DNA of 64,000 bases. Origin: the human T2T-CHM13v2.0 reference genome, Homo sapiens. The position numbers were made by a program, and so were the translations under genes. Shown piece by piece: positions 58,557 to 64,000 of the stretch. Position 1 is the first letter of the stretch. Every line of letters begins with the position of its first letter. Below the pieces are notes generated by a model that did no database searches, was not told the origin of the DNA, and saw nothing but the letters and a program-made list of their open reading frames with translations. The stretch lies in the NCBI RefSeq assembly GCF_009914755.1, contig NC_060926.1; one strand, written 5' to 3'.

Positions 58557-58879
58557 TCAGAAAAAATGTAAGATCACAGATTAATGATTTACCAACTTAA
58601 GAATTAAGTACAAGTGCAAGAAAGGAAGGAAACAATAAGAGTAGAAATGGATGGCATAGAATATGGAAAATAGAGGAAAATCAAAACCTGGCTCTTTGAA
58701 AAATATGAATAGCATTAATAAACCTCTCTAACCAGACCAAATCAGGAAAAAAGAAAGACACACATTATTAATATCAGGAATGAAAGGGAAGATATCACGA
58801 CAAACCTGACAGACATTTTTTTTCTTGAGACAGGGTCTCACTCTGTTGTCCAGGCTAGAGTGCAGTGGCACCATCATAG

Positions 58880-59131
<252 letters not shown>

Positions 59132-59998
59132 TGATCTGCCCTTCTCAGCCTCCCAAAGTGTTGGGATTACAGGTGTGAGCCACTGCACCCAGTATAGCTT
59201 CCTGCAGGCTTGACCTCCCAGTCTTGAGTGATCCTCCCACCTCAGCCTCCTGAGTAGCTGGGTCTACAGAAGTGTGCACCCATTTCTAGCTAATTTTTGT
59301 ATTTTTAATATAAACAGGGTTTCACTGTGTTGCCTAGGCTATCTGGAACTCCTGGGCTCAAGGGATCCTCCTGCCTTGGCCTCTCAAAGTGCTGGGATTA
59401 CAGGCATGAGCCACCATGCCTGGGCTAGACATTTTTTTAAAGTTAAAGGAATACCATGAAAATGTTTATACTAATAAATTTGACACCTTAAAGGAAATGA
59501 ACAAATCCCTTGAAAGGCATAAACTACCAAATTTCACTCAAGAAAAAACAGGTAACTTGAATAGCCCTGTGTTTTTTGAAGAAATTGAATTCATAATTGG
59601 ATAGCCCTATATCTATTACAGAAATAACTGCCTAGATATAATACTAAATATACATAAAGTCTCCCAGAGAATTGAAGAGGAGGGAGTCCCTCCAAAACCA
59701 TTTTATAAAATTACCATTACTTTGATATGAAACCAGACAAATCTATTACAAGGAGAAAAAACTACAGACCAATATCTCTAATAAATATTGTTGCAATAAT
59801 TTTTAACAAAATTTCAGCAAACTGAATCTAGCACAATACAAGAAGAATAACAGCTTATGACCAAGTGGGATGCATCCCAAGAATGCAAGATAAGTTTAAC
59901 ATTTGGAAGTCAATCAATGCAATTCGACATGTGAAGTTGAAAAAAATCAAAAAACAAAACCATTTCATTGCCTCGTTAGATTCAGAAAAAGCATTTGA

Positions 59999-62170
<2,172 letters not shown>

Positions 62171-62411
62171 ACACAGGAAAACAAACAAACAAAAGAAACC
62201 GTAGAAGGTATTTAGGTGGGGTGGGGGAAGGGGTTGTCACTTTTTATTTCATACACTTCTGTATCATTTGAATTTCTAAAAAAAGTTTGTATCAGGATTG
62301 TTAACAAAAAATGAATAAGAGAAAATAAATAAGTTTAGAAGGGTCAAAAAAAAAGAGAGAAACTGCTCAACTTGATAAAGGATAACTGTGTTACGACTAA
62401 ACCTAACATCA

Positions 62412-63104
62412 TGCTGGGTGGTGAATCCATAAGGGTCTGCAGCAACCTCAGTTCTTGCCTCCTCAGATGAAATAATTCGACTAAGTGACAGAAGGCAGAG
62501 TGTGAGACTGAGGCAAGTTTTAGAGCAGGAGTGAAAGCTTATTAAAAAGCTTTAGAGCAGGAATGCAAGGAAGTAAAGTACACTTGGAAGAGGGTCAAGT
62601 GGGTGACTTGAGAGATCAAGTGCAGTTTCACCTTTGACTTGGGATTTTATACATTTGTGTGCTTCTGGGGTCTTGCATCCCTTCTCTGATTCTTCCCTTG
62701 AGGTGGGCTGTCCAAGTGCGCAGTGGCCTGTCAGCGCTTCGAAGGGGTCACACGTGCAGTGTGTTTACTGGAGTTGTATGCATGCTCACTTGAGGCATTC
62801 TTCCCTTACCAAAGGTTCCTAGGTCATAGGCCAGTTAAATGCCGCCATTTTTGCCTTCAGTGCACATATGTGAGCCCACTCGCCCTACTACTGAGATTTT
62901 ATTGGGAAGCTGCTGATCGCATTTCAGGTTTTTTCTGTCTATTGGGAGGCTGCCCCTTCCTGGTGCCAGTTGCAACCAATTATTATTTTAGAGTGACAGT
63001 TAACAACCACCTGACCATCACCTGCTGGTTGCCTGATATTCCTGGGGGAGGGCAAGGGGCCCTCTCCTGCCCTGCTCATGCCTGACCAGCTACCTACTGT
63101 AACA
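62412..63104 (-). mobile_element. ERV1 solo LTR (MER50-like)
   Basis: Reverse complement starts tgttacagtaggtagctggtcaggcatgagcagggcaggagaggg. It interrupts host L1 aacatca/atacttaatgg. Confidence 0.7.
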
Positions 63105-64000
63105 ATACTTAATGGTAAAAGACTGAATGTTCCCTCTAACACAGGGAACAAGGCAAGAATGTCTGTCTGCTCTCGCCACTTGTATTCAGTATTGACTGGA
63201 GATCAATTGCCAGTATAGTAAGGCAAAACAAATAAATAAAAGGAAATAAAAGGCATAAATATTGGAAAGAAACAAAATGGTCTTTATTTGCAGATGACAT
63301 GATTATGTAAATAGAAATTCATAAAGAATCTATAAATAAGGTATTAATAAGCTTAGCAAGGTCACAGGATTCAAGGTCAATGTACCAGTATGCATTTCTA
63401 TATATTAGGATCAAACAGTTAAAAATTGAAATTAAAAAATCAATACCATTTACGATAGCATTCAAAACTATGAAATACGGCCAGGTGCAGTGGCTCACGC
63501 CTGTAATGTCAGCACTTTAGGAGGCCGAGGCAGGTGGATCACCTGAGGTCAGGAGTTCAAGACCAGCCTGGCCAACAAGGCAAAACCCCATCTCTACTAA
63601 AAATACAAAAATTAGCTGGGTGTGGTGGCGGTCACCTATAGTCCCAGCTACTCAGGAAGCTGAGGCAAGAGAATCACTTGAACCTGTGAGGCAGAGGTTG
63701 CAGTGAACCAAGATCACACCACTGCACTCCAGCCTGGGTGACAGAGCGAGACCCCATCTCAAAAAAACAAAAAACAAAAAAACCTATGAAATATTAAAGA
63801 TAAATTTAACAAAATATGTGCAAGACCTGAACCTGGGAAACTACAAACCTTTTTGAGAGAAATTAAAGAAGACCTAGATAAACGAAAAGAGATACCATGT
63901 TCTTGGATGTAAGATTAATATTGTTAAGATGTCAATTATCCACAAATTGATTTATAGATAAAATAAAATTCTTGACAGAGTCTCACTCTGTCGCCCAGGC

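Overview
This is primate (almost certainly human, chr2p21) genomic DNA, AT-rich and Alu-dense, covering the coding part of PPM1B (protein phosphatase 2C-beta) on the + strand, followed by about 20 kb of nested LINE/LTR/Alu sequence. Constitutive coding exons are 552-1397, 8557-8674, 17312-17423 and 17825-17882, totalling 378 codons and ending at a phase-0 junction. The two main last exons are 29755-30060 (479 aa) and 31658-31687 (387 aa). The main result of the hunt is an apparent set of at least six interchangeable C-terminal tails fed from the same phase-0 donor. Three of them (17883-17918, 42791-42841, 43595-43777) resemble rodent PP2C-beta tails recalled from memory. The most distal one seems to carry a 1-nt frameshift relative to the recalled rodent tail, and its splice acceptor sits inside a perfect CTCF core motif. 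Other notable structures are a pyrimidine-poor acceptor on the long isoform, a ~706-bp inverted duplication, an L1PA insertion with a probable 3' transduction, and a retroposed U13 snoRNA copy. There is no CRISPR array, tRNA, rRNA or prokaryotic system. Repeat coordinates and subfamilies were called by eye and are approximate.
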